From NCBI GenBank assembly GCA_016296485.1, contig JAEDJF010000001.1, positions 1,438 through 65,437 on the forward strand: 64,000 nucleotides of DNA. Direction: 5' to 3'. The translations under genes and the position numbers were made by a program. Positions 18,970 to 33,772 of this stretch are shown here, in pieces. Source of the DNA: Oscillospiraceae bacterium (GTDB lineage Bacteria; Bacillota; Clostridia; Oscillospirales; Ruminococcaceae). A model generated the notes under the pieces. It worked only from the letters and a program-made list of their open reading frames with translations. It searched no databases and had not been told where the DNA came from. Position 1 is the stretch's first letter, and each line of letters starts with the position of its first letter.

Positions 18970-19651
18970 TACCGCTTTGGCGGTTGTCAAAGCAAAGGAA
19001 AATATCGAAAAGGCGGCAAAAGCCGCCGGGAGAGACCCGAAAACCGTAAGACTTATGGCGGTTACAAAGACGGTTTCTCCGGAAATTGTGAACGAGGTCG
19101 TTGACGCCGGCTGCGACCTTTTCGGAGAAAACCGCGTCCAGGAGTTTTTGAGCAAATATGAAAGCTACGACAAAAGAGCAGAAATACATTTTATCGGAAA
19201 GCTCCAGGCGAACAAAGTCAAATACATTGTCGATAAAGTGACAATGATAGAATCGGTTGATTCGATACGCCTCGCGAAAGAAATCGACAGACGCTGCGCC
19301 GAAATCAGCAAAGTAATGGACGTTCTTCTTGAAGTGAACATAGCTAACGAAGAAAGCAAAAGCGGTTTTTCGAGCGAGGAAGTTGTTTCTGCAGCCGAAG
19401 AAATTAGTAAATTTAACCATTTAAATCTGCGCGGACTTATGACAATAGGCCGTTTTGGAGCAGAATTTGAAGAAACAAAGGGTTATTTTGAAAAAATGAG
19501 TGCTCTTTTAGTTGACATTAAGAGCAAAAAAATAGATAATAAAGATATTAATGTATTGTCGATGGGTATGTCTTCCGATTACGAGCTGGCTGTTGAGTCC
19601 GGCGCGACTATCGTCCGTATCGGAAGAGGGCTTTTCGGCGAAAGAAAATAA
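18947..19651 (+). CDS. yggS: YggS/YlmE family pyridoxal-phosphate homeostasis protein
   Basis: VRLMAVTKT (PLP lysine), GENRVQE, SMGMSSDYELAVESGATIVRIG. Start at MSEKLL overlaps the upstream gene by 23 nt. Confidence 0.9.
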   Translation: MSEKLLTDTALAVVKAKENIEKAAKAAGRDPKTVRLMAVTKTVSPEIVNEVVDAGCDLFGENRVQEFLSKYESYDKRAEIHFIGKLQANKVKYIVDKVTMIESVDSIRLAKEIDRRCAEISKVMDVLLEVNIANEESKSGFSSEEVVSAAEEISKFNHLNLRGLMTIGRFGAEFEETKGYFEKMSALLVDIKSKKIDNKDINVLSMGMSSDYELAVESGATIVRIGRGLFGERK

Positions 19652-19690
19652 ATTCAGTATTATAAGAAATATTTCGGGAGGAAATTAATT

Positions 19691-20170
19691 ATGGCATTTA
19701 TGGACAAGGTTAAAGGTATGCTCGGTATTCCTGAGGATGCAGAGGACGGATACGAGGAGGAGGATATACTCTCTGGCGACGACGAGGAAGGCTCCGACGA
19801 CGAGAAATCCGATTCCGCTAAAACCTCTATTTTCGGAAAGAGCAGTTCTTCCGATCAAATCAAACAAAACAAGGTAGTCAATATACATACTACCACCCAG
19901 CTTCAGGTCGTTCTTGTAAAACCGGAGAAATTCGACGACGCAAGACCCGTAGCTGACCATCTCAATTCCAAACATACTGTAGTTCTCAACCTTGAGTCTA
20001 CCAACAAAGACGTTTCAAGAAGACTTATCGACTTTTTGAGCGGCGTTGCTTACGCAAACAACGGACAGATTAAACGCGTTGCGAACAGCACTTATATAAT
20101 TACGCCTTATAATGTCAACATTATGGGTGACCTTCTCGACGAGCTCGAGAGCAGCGGCGTTTTCTTTTAA
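19691..20170 (+). CDS. sepF: cell division protein SepF
   Basis: Acidic N-terminal linker followed by a conserved SepF core (VVLVKPEKFDDARPVADHLNSKHTVVLNLE...RLIDFLSG). Confidence 0.9.
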   Translation: MAFMDKVKGMLGIPEDAEDGYEEEDILSGDDEEGSDDEKSDSAKTSIFGKSSSSDQIKQNKVVNIHTTTQLQVVLVKPEKFDDARPVADHLNSKHTVVLNLESTNKDVSRRLIDFLSGVAYANNGQIKRVANSTYIITPYNVNIMGDLLDELESSGVFF

Positions 20171-20209
20171 TTACTAAAATTCAATTATTTCTGACGGAGG
20201 TGGATTATC

Positions 20210-20809
20210 TTGTTAACGCCTAACGACATCTCTAATAAAAAATTTGAGAAGTCTGCTTTCGGTTATAAACCGGAAGATGTCGACACTTTTTTAGAAAGCG
20301 TTGTAAGTTCCTACGCAAAACTTTATGAAGAAAAAGAAGCGGTAGAGGAAAAGCTCGAGGTTCTTGCCGAAAAGCTTGAGGAATACCGTTCCAATGAGGA
20401 CAGTCTTCGTACCGTGCTCCTCGGAGCACAGAAGCTCGGCGACAACATTATCCGCGATTCCAAAGCCAAAGCGGAGGTAATTCTCGCCGACGCCGAAGGA
20501 CAGGTAAAACAGGTGTTTTCCGATTCCGAAACCAAAATTGCAAAGGAAAGGGAAACTCTTTCCATGCTCCAGAAGGAAACGTCCGAATTCAAAAAACGCC
20601 TTCTTGCAATGTATAAACAGCACCTTGAACTTATAAGCCTTATGCCGGAAGAGGAAAAAGAGCCCGTACCGGAAATTAAGGAAGAGCCGGCGGAAGAACC
20701 GGCAGTTGAACCCGAAATCAGCGAAGAGGCAAAAGCCGAAGAGGACGCTTATTTTGACGAGGTCTCTATGGCTGAAACCAAAAGAATCGAGCTTGACGTA
20801 CAAGAATAA
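20210..20809 (+). CDS. divIVA: DivIVA domain protein
   Basis: TTG start 9 nt after GGAGG. N-terminal LTPNDISNKKFEKSAFGYKPEDVDTFL lipid-binding domain, a coiled coil and an acidic Pro/Glu-rich tail. Confidence 0.85.
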   Translation: MLTPNDISNKKFEKSAFGYKPEDVDTFLESVVSSYAKLYEEKEAVEEKLEVLAEKLEEYRSNEDSLRTVLLGAQKLGDNIIRDSKAKAEVILADAEGQVKQVFSDSETKIAKERETLSMLQKETSEFKKRLLAMYKQHLELISLMPEEEKEPVPEIKEEPAEEPAVEPEISEEAKAEEDAYFDEVSMAETKRIELDVQE

Positions 20810-20833
20810 CTAACAGGAGATAAACTTAAAACA

Positions 20834-23599
<2,766 letters not shown>

Positions 23600-23660
23600 T
23601 TTTATTAAACGATACGGGCGGGATTCTTTTGAGTTCTGCCCGTAGTTTTTTGGAGGCAAA

Positions 23661-24200
23661 ATGTTTCAGATAATTACAACCATAATTGCCGCGCTGCTCA
23701 TTGCCGTGGACCAGATGGTAAAAAACTGGGCTTCGGAAGTTCTTGTAAAAGGCGAAATTCCCGTTATTGAAAACGTGCTTTATTTTAAGTACGTGGAAAA
23801 TACCGGCGTAGCTTTCAGTATGTTTGAAGACAACCGTTGGCTTTTGGTCGCCGTCACAGCCGTAATGCTGATAGTCGTGCTGGCGTTTTTCCTTTCCGGA
23901 AAGGTCACGGGAAAGCTCGAACTGCTTTCGCTTTCGCTCATTATGTCCGGCGGCATCGGAAACCTCATTGACAGGATAAGTCTCGGCTACGTTGTCGATT
24001 TTATTGACGTAAGAATCATCAATTTTGCGATTTTCAATATAGCCGATATGTGTATCACCATTGGGGCGGTTTTGCTCTGCGTCGCCGTGTTCTTGTCCGA
24101 AAAGAAAGAAAAAACTGAAAAGGACAAAAAACAGCAGGCACTCAATGAGATAGATAAGGATCTTGAAAAACTGTTCAGCAGGGAAGATAGTAATGAATAA
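23661..24200 (+). CDS. lspA: lipoprotein signal peptidase II
   Basis: 179 aa, 4 TM helices, with GNLIDR and FNIAD catalytic Asp motifs. Confidence 0.9.
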   Translation: MFQIITTIIAALLIAVDQMVKNWASEVLVKGEIPVIENVLYFKYVENTGVAFSMFEDNRWLLVAVTAVMLIVVLAFFLSGKVTGKLELLSLSLIMSGGIGNLIDRISLGYVVDFIDVRIINFAIFNIADMCITIGAVLLCVAVFLSEKKEKTEKDKKQQALNEIDKDLEKLFSREDSNE

Positions 24201-25107
24201 AATAGTTGTTACCGTTCCCGAGGAAGCAGAAGGAACAAGGGTAGATAAATTCCTTGCCGAAAGTATAGACTATCTTACGAGGTCCGCGCTTCAAAAGCTG
24301 ATTTCGGTAAATAACGTCGAGATAGACGGAAAACCCGTGCCGAAAAGCCGCGTGCTCAAAGCAGGGGAGGACGTTTCGGTAATAGTTCCGGACGCCGTTT
24401 CCCTTGACGTTGAGGCGGAGAATATCCCTCTTGAGATTTATTATGAGGACGACGACCTGCTCGTGGTTTATAAGCCGAAGGGAATGGTTGTTCACCCGGC
24501 GCCGGGAAACCATAACGGAACATTAGTAAACGCGCTTTTGTGGCACTGCAAGGGCAGCCTTTCCGGCATCAACGGCGTTTTAAGACCGGGTATTGTCCAC
24601 CGCATTGATAAGGACACCAGCGGTCTCCTGCTCGTGGCAAAAAACGATTTTGCCCACGTGCACCTTGCGGAGCAAATCAAAGAGCACAGCCTCAACAGGA
24701 TTTATCATACGATAGTTTACGGCACGAACCTCCCGGACGAGGGAGATGTTGACGCGCCCATCGGAAGAAGCACGAAGGACCGCAAAAAGATGGCGGTCGT
24801 TGACGGCGGAAGAAGCGCGCAGACGCATTTTTCGGTCGTCAAGCGCTACGTTGGTTTTACCCACGTTATGTGTAAACTGCGAACCGGGCGCACGCACCAG
24901 ATTCGCGTTCATATGACGTATATCGGTCACCCGGTTGCCGGAGACTCCGTATATGGACCTAAAAACGTAATAAGCCAGCTTAACGGACAATGCCTTCACG
25001 CCGGGACCCTTGGTTTCGTTCACCCGAGAACCGGAGAATATATGGAATTTACCGCTCCGCTTCCCGAATATTTCACCGCTTTTGAGAGCAAATTGGAGGA
25101 AATCTGA
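24193..25107 (+). CDS. rluD: 23S rRNA pseudouridine synthase, RluD family
   Basis: S4 domain followed by HRIDKDTSGLL and RTGRTHQIRVH motifs. The ATG at 24193 overlaps the lspA stop. Confidence 0.9.
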   Translation: MNKIVVTVPEEAEGTRVDKFLAESIDYLTRSALQKLISVNNVEIDGKPVPKSRVLKAGEDVSVIVPDAVSLDVEAENIPLEIYYEDDDLLVVYKPKGMVVHPAPGNHNGTLVNALLWHCKGSLSGINGVLRPGIVHRIDKDTSGLLLVAKNDFAHVHLAEQIKEHSLNRIYHTIVYGTNLPDEGDVDAPIGRSTKDRKKMAVVDGGRSAQTHFSVVKRYVGFTHVMCKLRTGRTHQIRVHMTYIGHPVAGDSVYGPKNVISQLNGQCLHAGTLGFVHPRTGEYMEFTAPLPEYFTAFESKLEEI

Positions 25108-25919
25108 TGATAGAAAAGCTTTCCGATATACTTATCGTTACTGATATTGACGGAACTTTGTTACGGGAAAAACTCGGTATATCCAAAGAAAACCTCGCCG
25201 CAATCAAAAGATTTATTGACAAGGGAGGACACTTTACAGTATCTACCGGCCGCGCAATTGACGTAACGGGCAAGGTTTTGACCGGAATCCCGATAAACGC
25301 GCCGTCAATACATATAAACGGCGGTTATCTCTACGACTGGGAAAAGAAAAAAATTCTTGAGCCGAACTATCTCTCTCCAAACGCTAAAAAATACTGTAGA
25401 GAGATTACACGAAAGTTTCCTTTCTGCGACTGCCATTTTGCCGCAGAAAAAGCCGTCAACCTTATGACTTCCGGAAACGTACTCAAAAAGTATATTCCCG
25501 AGGACGAGCTCAATTATTTTGACAGCGAGTACGAAGACATTCCCGATAACGTATACAAATTTATAATCTGCTGCGACCCGGGAGATATGAACGAGCTGAG
25601 GCAATACGCCGAATCTGTCTGCGGCGGCGACGTTTTGCTTATTCAGTCCAGCGAGTTTTTCCTCGAGATGCTGCCTTTGGAGAACTCCAAAGGCAAAGCT
25701 CTTGAGAAGCTTTGCGAAATAGCAGGTATTCCCCTTGAAAATTCCGTTGCGGTGGGCGATTTTGAAAACGACATCGAAATGATTCGTATCGCAGGGCTTG
25801 GAGCAGCCGTCGATAACGCCCAGGACGTTGTAAAGAAAGCGGCGGACATTGTTTTGCCGTCCTGCGAAGAAAACGCCATTGCACATCTAATAGGCTTTTT
25901 GGAGGAAATGTATGAGTGA
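25107..25919 (+). CDS. Cof-type HAD-IIB phosphatase
   Basis: N-terminal DIDGTLL motif and C-terminal GDFENDIEM motif. Confidence 0.8.
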   Translation: MIEKLSDILIVTDIDGTLLREKLGISKENLAAIKRFIDKGGHFTVSTGRAIDVTGKVLTGIPINAPSIHINGGYLYDWEKKKILEPNYLSPNAKKYCREITRKFPFCDCHFAAEKAVNLMTSGNVLKKYIPEDELNYFDSEYEDIPDNVYKFIICCDPGDMNELRQYAESVCGGDVLLIQSSEFFLEMLPLENSKGKALEKLCEIAGIPLENSVAVGDFENDIEMIRIAGLGAAVDNAQDVVKKAADIVLPSCEENAIAHLIGFLEEMYE

Positions 25920-26337
25920 ACAGCGGGAAAGTTCCGATATTAAGGCTAAAATAAAAGACAGCTCCGATGACAAAGTCCTTGTCATTATGCTCATTTTGTG
26001 CTTTGTTTTGGTTATAGCCGTGGTTTCCGTAAATATCATCAACGCTCCGAGGTTTGAGGAGCCAGTTTTTACTCCGGAAACGAGCGAAAAAGGCATATCT
26101 TCCTACGAAAACTCATATGGTTCATCGGATAACGAAGAAATTTTACCAATTAAAATCAATACCGCCACATTTGATGAACTTCAGAAAATTCCGGGAATCG
26201 GTCCTGTTACTGCACAGAAAATTATAGATTTTCGTGAAGAACAGGGAACTATTGTGGAATTCAGCGACCTTTTAGCCATTGACGGAATTGGAGAAAAGAC
26301 CGTAAAGACCATTGCCGAGTACTGTATTATCAACTGA
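25912..26337 (+). CDS. comEA: ComEA-family helix-hairpin-helix DNA-binding protein
   Basis: N-terminal TM anchor and C-terminal tandem HhH (INTATFDELQKIPGIGPVTAQKIIDFR...LLAIDGIGEKT). Confidence 0.8.
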   Translation: MSEQRESSDIKAKIKDSSDDKVLVIMLILCFVLVIAVVSVNIINAPRFEEPVFTPETSEKGISSYENSYGSSDNEEILPIKINTATFDELQKIPGIGPVTAQKIIDFREEQGTIVEFSDLLAIDGIGEKTVKTIAEYCIIN

Positions 26338-26381
26338 AAAATTTTTCTTACAAAAAGAGATAAAAAATTCTATTTTAGTGG

Positions 26382-26410
26382 TTGACATTTTTGAAAATAC
26401 ATAGTATAAT
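26382..26410 (+). promoter_or_regulatory. consensus sigma-A promoter of the tRNA operon
   Basis: TTGACA, a 17-nt spacer, then TATAAT, about 30 nt upstream of tRNA-Phe. Confidence 0.8.
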
Positions 26411-26440
26411 ATCAAACGTCGCCGAACGAAACGGCGATAT

Positions 26441-26516
26441 GCCTTTGTAGCTCAGTTGGTAGAGCAGGGGACTGAAAATCCCCGTGTCGTTGGTTCGATT
26501 CCGACCGAAGGCACCA
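26441..26516 (+). tRNA. tRNA-Phe (GAA), CCA encoded
   Basis: The cloverleaf folds by hand: acceptor GCCTTTG/CGAAGGC, anticodon loop CTGAAAA, T-loop TTCGATT, 76 nt. Confidence 0.95.
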
Positions 26517-26519
26517 CTT

Positions 26520-26595
26520 GCGGGTTTAGCTCATCTGGCAGAGCGCGACCTTGCCAAGGTCGAGGTAGCGAGTTCAAGCCTCGTAACCCGCTCCA
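26520..26595 (+). tRNA. tRNA-Gly (GCC), CCA encoded
   Basis: Acceptor GCGGGTT/AACCCGC, anticodon stem CGACC/GGTCG with loop TTGCCAA, discriminator U, 76 nt. Confidence 0.93.
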
Positions 26596-26597
26596 GA

Positions 26598-26631
26598 TTT
26601 ACGCCCCAAATACATATGTTTGGGGCGTAAA
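26598..26631 (+). other. perfect 13-bp hairpin in the tRNA-Gly / tRNA-Cys spacer
   Basis: TTTACGCCCCAAA, loop TACATATG, TTTGGGGCGTAAA. No trailing U-tract. Confidence 0.6.
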
Positions 26632-26639
26632 TAGTATAT

Positions 26640-26714
26640 GGCGACATAGCCAAGAGGTAAGGCAGAGGTCTGCAAAACCTCGATTCACCAGTCCGAATCT
26701 GGTTGTCGCCTCCA
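26640..26714 (+). tRNA. tRNA-Cys (GCA), CCA encoded
   Basis: Acceptor GGCGACA/TGTCGCC, anticodon stem GAGGT/ACCTC with loop CTGCAAA, 75 nt. Confidence 0.93.
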
Positions 26715-26716
26715 GA

Positions 26717-26751
26717 AATAAGCATCACAGTTGCGTGATGCTTATTTTTTT
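26717..26751 (+). terminator. intrinsic terminator of the tRNA operon
   Basis: 12-bp stem AATAAGCATCAC/GTGATGCTTATT followed by a T-run. Confidence 0.85.
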
Positions 26752-26775
26752 ATCAAAAAGCAAGAGGTGCGCAGA

Positions 26776-27234
26776 ATGATAGTGCGTGTAGATGAAACAA
26801 ACTTAAGCGCTGCGGCAGAGGTATATATGCTTTCCTGGAAAGATTCGCACAAAGACATATGTTCAAAAGAATTTATTGAAAAGCACGATCTTGAATACAT
26901 GGAAGCCTATCTTCGCCAAAAGCTGAACGGCGGGTGTAAAATCTATCTGAACTGCTCTGAAAATAAACCGCTGGGCATAGTCGGTATTGCCCCGAACGAT
27001 GAAATCTGTCTTTTATACGTTCTTCCGAACGAACAGGGAAAAGGCTGTGGAAGCGAGCTTCTTGAGTACGCGATTAAGCTTTGCGAAAAGCCTTGGTTAA
27101 CGGTGCTAGAAACCAATCTCAACGCAATCAAGTTCTATGAAAAAAGGGGATTCATTTTCGACGGCGAAAAAGATATTTCGTCGAAAAAGCGAATTTCCGA
27201 ATATAAATATGTTTACCGCGGCGAAAATATGTGA
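26776..27234 (+). CDS. GNAT family N-acetyltransferase
   Basis: Acetyl-CoA binding signature (LYVLPNEQGKGCGSELL) and NAIKFYEKRGF. Start at MIVRVDE behind AGAGG. Confidence 0.8.
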   Translation: MIVRVDETNLSAAAEVYMLSWKDSHKDICSKEFIEKHDLEYMEAYLRQKLNGGCKIYLNCSENKPLGIVGIAPNDEICLLYVLPNEQGKGCGSELLEYAIKLCEKPWLTVLETNLNAIKFYEKRGFIFDGEKDISSKKRISEYKYVYRGENM

Positions 27235-27270
27235 TAATATTATTATATATCATATAATGCGGAGGACGAA

Positions 27271-28272
27271 ATGAAACGGATTTGCATTATTTACACCGGC
27301 GGTACCATAGGAATGGAGCGCACGGAAAACGGTTACGAGCCCGGAAAAGAACCCTTTGCCGATATAATGGCGAGAATAAGCGATTTTTCATCTCCGGAGC
27401 TACCGGATTATGACGTTATTGAGTTTTCGCCTCTTTTGGACTCGTCGGACGTTACGGTAAACGAGTGGAACAAAATCGGAAGAACCATATATGAAAAAAT
27501 GGACCTTTACGACGGTTTTGTGGTGCTTCATGGAACGGATACCATGGCATATACCGCTTCGGCGCTTTCGTTCATACTGCAAAACCTTCCGAAGCCCGTA
27601 GTTCTTACCGGTTCGCAGATACCTCTTTGTGAAATAAGGAGCGACGCAAAGGACAACCTCATATCGTCCATGCTCATCGCAGCTTCCGGAAAGGTGTTTG
27701 AGGTTTGTCTTTATTTTGCGGGAAAGCTCCTTCGCGGAAACCGCGCGATAAAAATGTCCGCAGACAGCTTGATTGCTTTCGATTCGCCAAACTACCCGAG
27801 GATTGCGGAAGCGGGAATAGATATAAAATACCGCGACTCTGTGCTTATGAAAAAGAGCGATAAACCCTTGGTGCTCAAGGAGCTTGACGAAGAACCCGTG
27901 GGTGTGCTCAAAATTTTCCCGGGAATACAGATTGAGCTTTTTGAATCAATAATAACCGAAAAGCTCCGGGGAGTTGTGCTCGAAGCTTTCGGCGCCGGAA
28001 ACGTCCCCAATTACTGCGGCGCGCTTAAAAATATAATAGCGAAAGCGCACGACAACGGAGCGGTTGTGGTCGCCTGTTCGCAGTGCCCGACGGGCAATGT
28101 AAGCATCGGAACCTATGCCGCCAGCGGCAGCCTTAAAGGCGCGGTGAGCGGAAAAAATATGACTACTGAAGCTGCCGTCGCTAAGCTTTATTACCTTTTC
28201 AGCTGCGGGTATTCGGTGGAAAAAATTAAAGAACTTATGGAGGTCGACCTCTGCGGTGAGCTCGACGGGTAA
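27271..28272 (+). CDS. ansA: L-asparaginase, type I (cytoplasmic)
   Basis: N-terminal IIYTGGTIGM with the catalytic Thr, HGTDTM motif, 333 aa. Confidence 0.9.
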   Translation: MKRICIIYTGGTIGMERTENGYEPGKEPFADIMARISDFSSPELPDYDVIEFSPLLDSSDVTVNEWNKIGRTIYEKMDLYDGFVVLHGTDTMAYTASALSFILQNLPKPVVLTGSQIPLCEIRSDAKDNLISSMLIAASGKVFEVCLYFAGKLLRGNRAIKMSADSLIAFDSPNYPRIAEAGIDIKYRDSVLMKKSDKPLVLKELDEEPVGVLKIFPGIQIELFESIITEKLRGVVLEAFGAGNVPNYCGALKNIIAKAHDNGAVVVACSQCPTGNVSIGTYAASGSLKGAVSGKNMTTEAAVAKLYYLFSCGYSVEKIKELMEVDLCGELDG

Positions 28273-28283
28273 CGGAGATTCAA

Positions 28284-28976
28284 ATGGATATTGAACTTTA
28301 TTATATAGAAAAAGGCGAGGGAGAGCCTTTAATAATGCTCCACGGAAACGGCGAGGACAGCTCGGTTTTTGAAAAAGAAATAAGCTATTTTTCAAAGGAA
28401 TACCGGGTTATCGCAATTGATACCCGCGGTCACGGAAATTCTCCGATGGGGGACGAGCCCTTTTCGCTTTACCAGTTCGCCGAGGATCTTAAGGATTTTA
28501 TGGACGGGCACGGGATAGATAAAGCGAATATTCTCGGCTTCAGCGACGGAGGAAATATAGCCTTGATTTTTGCTTCTAAATATCCCGAACGGGTAATAAA
28601 ACTCATTGCAAACGGCGCCAACACAAAGCCGTCGGGAATGAAATTCGCAGCTCACGCCGCAATAAGAATGAGTTATCTATGGTATTCGTTTATGTCCGCA
28701 TTTTCGCAAAAATACATACACAAGAAAATGCTTATGAAGCTGATGCTCGACGAGCCGAATATTACAAGGGAGGAGCTTGAGAACATCTCCGCTCCGACGC
28801 TCGTTTTGGTCGGAACAAACGATTTGATTAAAGAAAAGGAATCCCGGTACATTCAAAAAACAATTCCAGACAGCGAGCTTGTCTTTGTACTCGGGAACCA
28901 TTTTATTGTCAAGAATAACGCAAAAGATTACATATATGCCGTTGAGCATTTTCTCGGCAAACAAAAGGAGGAATAA
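28284..28976 (+). CDS. alpha/beta hydrolase
   Basis: HGNGED oxyanion region and GFSDGG nucleophile elbow. Confidence 0.75.
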   Translation: MDIELYYIEKGEGEPLIMLHGNGEDSSVFEKEISYFSKEYRVIAIDTRGHGNSPMGDEPFSLYQFAEDLKDFMDGHGIDKANILGFSDGGNIALIFASKYPERVIKLIANGANTKPSGMKFAAHAAIRMSYLWYSFMSAFSQKYIHKKMLMKLMLDEPNITREELENISAPTLVLVGTNDLIKEKESRYIQKTIPDSELVFVLGNHFIVKNNAKDYIYAVEHFLGKQKEE

Positions 28977-28978
28977 CA

Positions 28979-29506
28979 GTGAAAAAACTACTTGTAGTTG
29001 TGGACTATCAAAATGACTTCGTCACCGGAAGCCTTGGCTTCAAAGGTGCGGAGCTCCTCGACGAGCCAATCGCCGCAAAGGTCGAGGCATACAGGGCCGA
29101 GGGCGCTGACATTATTTATACAATGGACACCCACGGCCCCGCCTATCTTGAAATGCAGGAGGGAAGAAAGCTCCCTGTAGTTCATTGTCAGAACGGAACC
29201 GAGGGCTGGAAGCTCTACGGCAAGACCGGCGAAGCCTGCAAGGACGCAATGACCATCGGAAAACACACCTTCGGAAGCTTTGACCTTGCGATGATGGCGC
29301 TCAACAGAGGCTATGACCAAATCGAAATCTGCGGAGTTGTCACCAATATCTGCGTTATGGCTAACGCCGTGCTTCTCAAAACCTCCCAGCCGGAGGCGGA
29401 AATTATAATTGACGCGAAATGCGTCGGAAGCAACGACCCGAAGCTCAACGAGGAAGCCCTCGACGTGCTCGAGAGTATGCAGTTTACCGTAATCAACAGA
29501 GAATAA
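28979..29506 (+). CDS. isochorismatase-family cysteine hydrolase (nicotinamidase-like)
   Basis: GTG start after AGGAGG. LLVVVDYQNDF N-terminus and a VVTNICV catalytic Cys motif. Confidence 0.75.
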   Translation: MKKLLVVVDYQNDFVTGSLGFKGAELLDEPIAAKVEAYRAEGADIIYTMDTHGPAYLEMQEGRKLPVVHCQNGTEGWKLYGKTGEACKDAMTIGKHTFGSFDLAMMALNRGYDQIEICGVVTNICVMANAVLLKTSQPEAEIIIDAKCVGSNDPKLNEEALDVLESMQFTVINRE

Positions 29507-29513
29507 ATTTGAT

Positions 29514-29535
29514 GGGCGCCAAGTTATTTGGCGCC

Positions 29536-29536
<1 letters not shown>
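29514..29536. terminator. bidirectional hairpin between convergent genes
   Basis: GGGCGCCAA, loop GTTAT, TTGGCGCCC, flanked by T/A-rich tracts. Touches the yunB stop codon. Confidence 0.6.
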
Positions 29537-32226
<2,690 letters not shown>

Positions 32227-32240
32227 TTGAATAAGCAAAA

Positions 32241-32272
32241 AATACCGCAGGGTTTTCCTGCGGTATTTTTTT
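32241..32272 (+). terminator. intrinsic terminator after ligA
   Basis: AATACCGCAGG/CCTGCGGTATT stem followed by a T-run. Confidence 0.8.
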
Positions 32273-32326
32273 CGGAATATTTTTGGACAGCCCCTCATAA
32301 TATTTCACTGTCAGGAGGTGAAAACC

Positions 32327-33265
32327 TTGCGCGATGAAAAAATGAATTTTGAAATCCTGCTTTCCCATCTCGGACAAACCGTTCAAAGCGCTTTAGCGCT
32401 CGTAAGCGAGCCGGAAACGGAAAAAATCCGTGAAATACGCCTTACTGCGGAAAGACCGATACAAGTGGTTCACCGGGACAAAATGCGTTTTATAGGCAAA
32501 AACGGCAGGGACTGCGGCGAATTTTCAAAGAAGCAAAGTCTTTCTTTTAAGAATATACAGGAAATTTTTGCGGCTGTCTGTGAATATTCGGTACATACTT
32601 ATCGAAATGAAATCTGCGAAGGATTTATAACGGTTGAGGGCGGAAACCGCGTCGGAATTTGCGGCACCGCCGTATATGACCAAGGAAAAATCATAAACGT
32701 AAAGGATATTTCCGCTCTTAATGTTCGTGTTTCGCACGAGATTTTCGGCGCCGCCGACCCTGTTTGCGAAGCCATAAGAGATAACATCGGAGGGGTTTTG
32801 ATTGCGGGACCGCCGTGCTCCGGAAAAACGACTATACTTAGGGACTTTGCAAGGCAGGCGGGAAACGGCAGTCTCGGAACGCGCTGTCACGTAAATATAG
32901 TGGACGAGCGTATGGAAATAGCGGGAGTTTATCACGGCGTTCCGAGCTTTGACGTCGGAAGCACCACAACGGTCCTAAACGGCTACATTAAAAGCGACGG
33001 GATAATAAGCGCCGTTCGCTCGATGGCACCGGACATTATTGTATGCGATGAGTTCGGCGGGGATGAGGACGTTTTCGCGAGCCTTTACGCTATGAAAAGC
33101 GGGGTTATTATGGCGGCAAGTATGCACGCCTTCGGCGAGGACGAGCTTATAAAAAAGAAAAGCTTTATTGAAACCGTCGAAGCCGGGATTTTCAAATGGG
33201 TCGTCTTTATGGATAAAAGCTGTTCGGTACAAAAAATCTTACGGGCAGAGGAGCTTATAAAATGA
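32327..33265 (+). CDS. spoIIIAA: stage III sporulation protein AA (ATPase)
   Basis: Walker A GPPCSGKTT, first gene of an eight-gene spoIIIA-type operon. TTG at 32327 lies 8 nt after AGGAGG; the ATG at 32342 is an alternative start. Confidence 0.88.
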   Translation: MRDEKMNFEILLSHLGQTVQSALALVSEPETEKIREIRLTAERPIQVVHRDKMRFIGKNGRDCGEFSKKQSLSFKNIQEIFAAVCEYSVHTYRNEICEGFITVEGGNRVGICGTAVYDQGKIINVKDISALNVRVSHEIFGAADPVCEAIRDNIGGVLIAGPPCSGKTTILRDFARQAGNGSLGTRCHVNIVDERMEIAGVYHGVPSFDVGSTTTVLNGYIKSDGIISAVRSMAPDIIVCDEFGGDEDVFASLYAMKSGVIMAASMHAFGEDELIKKKSFIETVEAGIFKWVVFMDKSCSVQKILRAEELIK

Positions 33266-33759
33266 AAATAATAGGTATTGTTTTTATTTTTGTATCCCTC
33301 TCCGCTGCGGGAGCAATCATCGGAGAAAACTATCTTTCCGTGCTCAAAAGCATAAAACGGGCGGAAAACTTTCTTAATATTCTTCTTATCGGACTTGAAG
33401 GCGGAAGGCTTTCCGTAAGTGAAATGCTCGAAAGTGCGGCGAAATCCGGAGACGAGGAAACAGTAAAATTTGTAAATATCTTAAAAGGCGGTTTTCGCCG
33501 CGGCTCTCTTGCGGCAAGCAAGCAGGACGCGCTGAAATCAAATTTTTGCAAAGATGAAACAGCCGTTTCATCGCTTCTTGAAGCTATAAGTATCCTCGGA
33601 AAATGCTCGGCGGAAGAACAGATAGATAAGATAAAATATTGCCGGGAAAATTTGCGAAAGCGCTACGCCGCCGCCTTTCCCGTTTACAGCCAGAAGGCAA
33701 AGCTTTCCCGGTCCTCCGGAATCCTCGCGGGGCTTTTAGCCGCCGTAATTCTGATTTGA
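33262..33759 (+). CDS. spoIIIAB: stage III sporulation protein AB
   Basis: 165 aa with terminal TM helices. Assigned by position and size in the operon. Confidence 0.8.
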   Translation: MKIIGIVFIFVSLSAAGAIIGENYLSVLKSIKRAENFLNILLIGLEGGRLSVSEMLESAAKSGDEETVKFVNILKGGFRRGSLAASKQDALKSNFCKDETAVSSLLEAISILGKCSAEEQIDKIKYCRENLRKRYAAAFPVYSQKAKLSRSSGILAGLLAAVILI

Positions 33760-33772
33760 TTGGAGAAAAACA

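Noticed and set aside
26456-26779. 107-aa (+) and 65-aa (-) ORFs across the tRNA cluster
   Set aside because: They lie entirely within three well-folding tRNA genes and their terminator, so they are not coding.
26441-29506. Possible genomic island integrated downstream of the tRNA Phe-Gly-Cys operon (GNAT, asparaginase, hydrolases)
   Set aside because: There is no integrase, no direct repeat of a tRNA 3' end and no mobility genes. All the genes are ordinary metabolic enzymes with normal signals.
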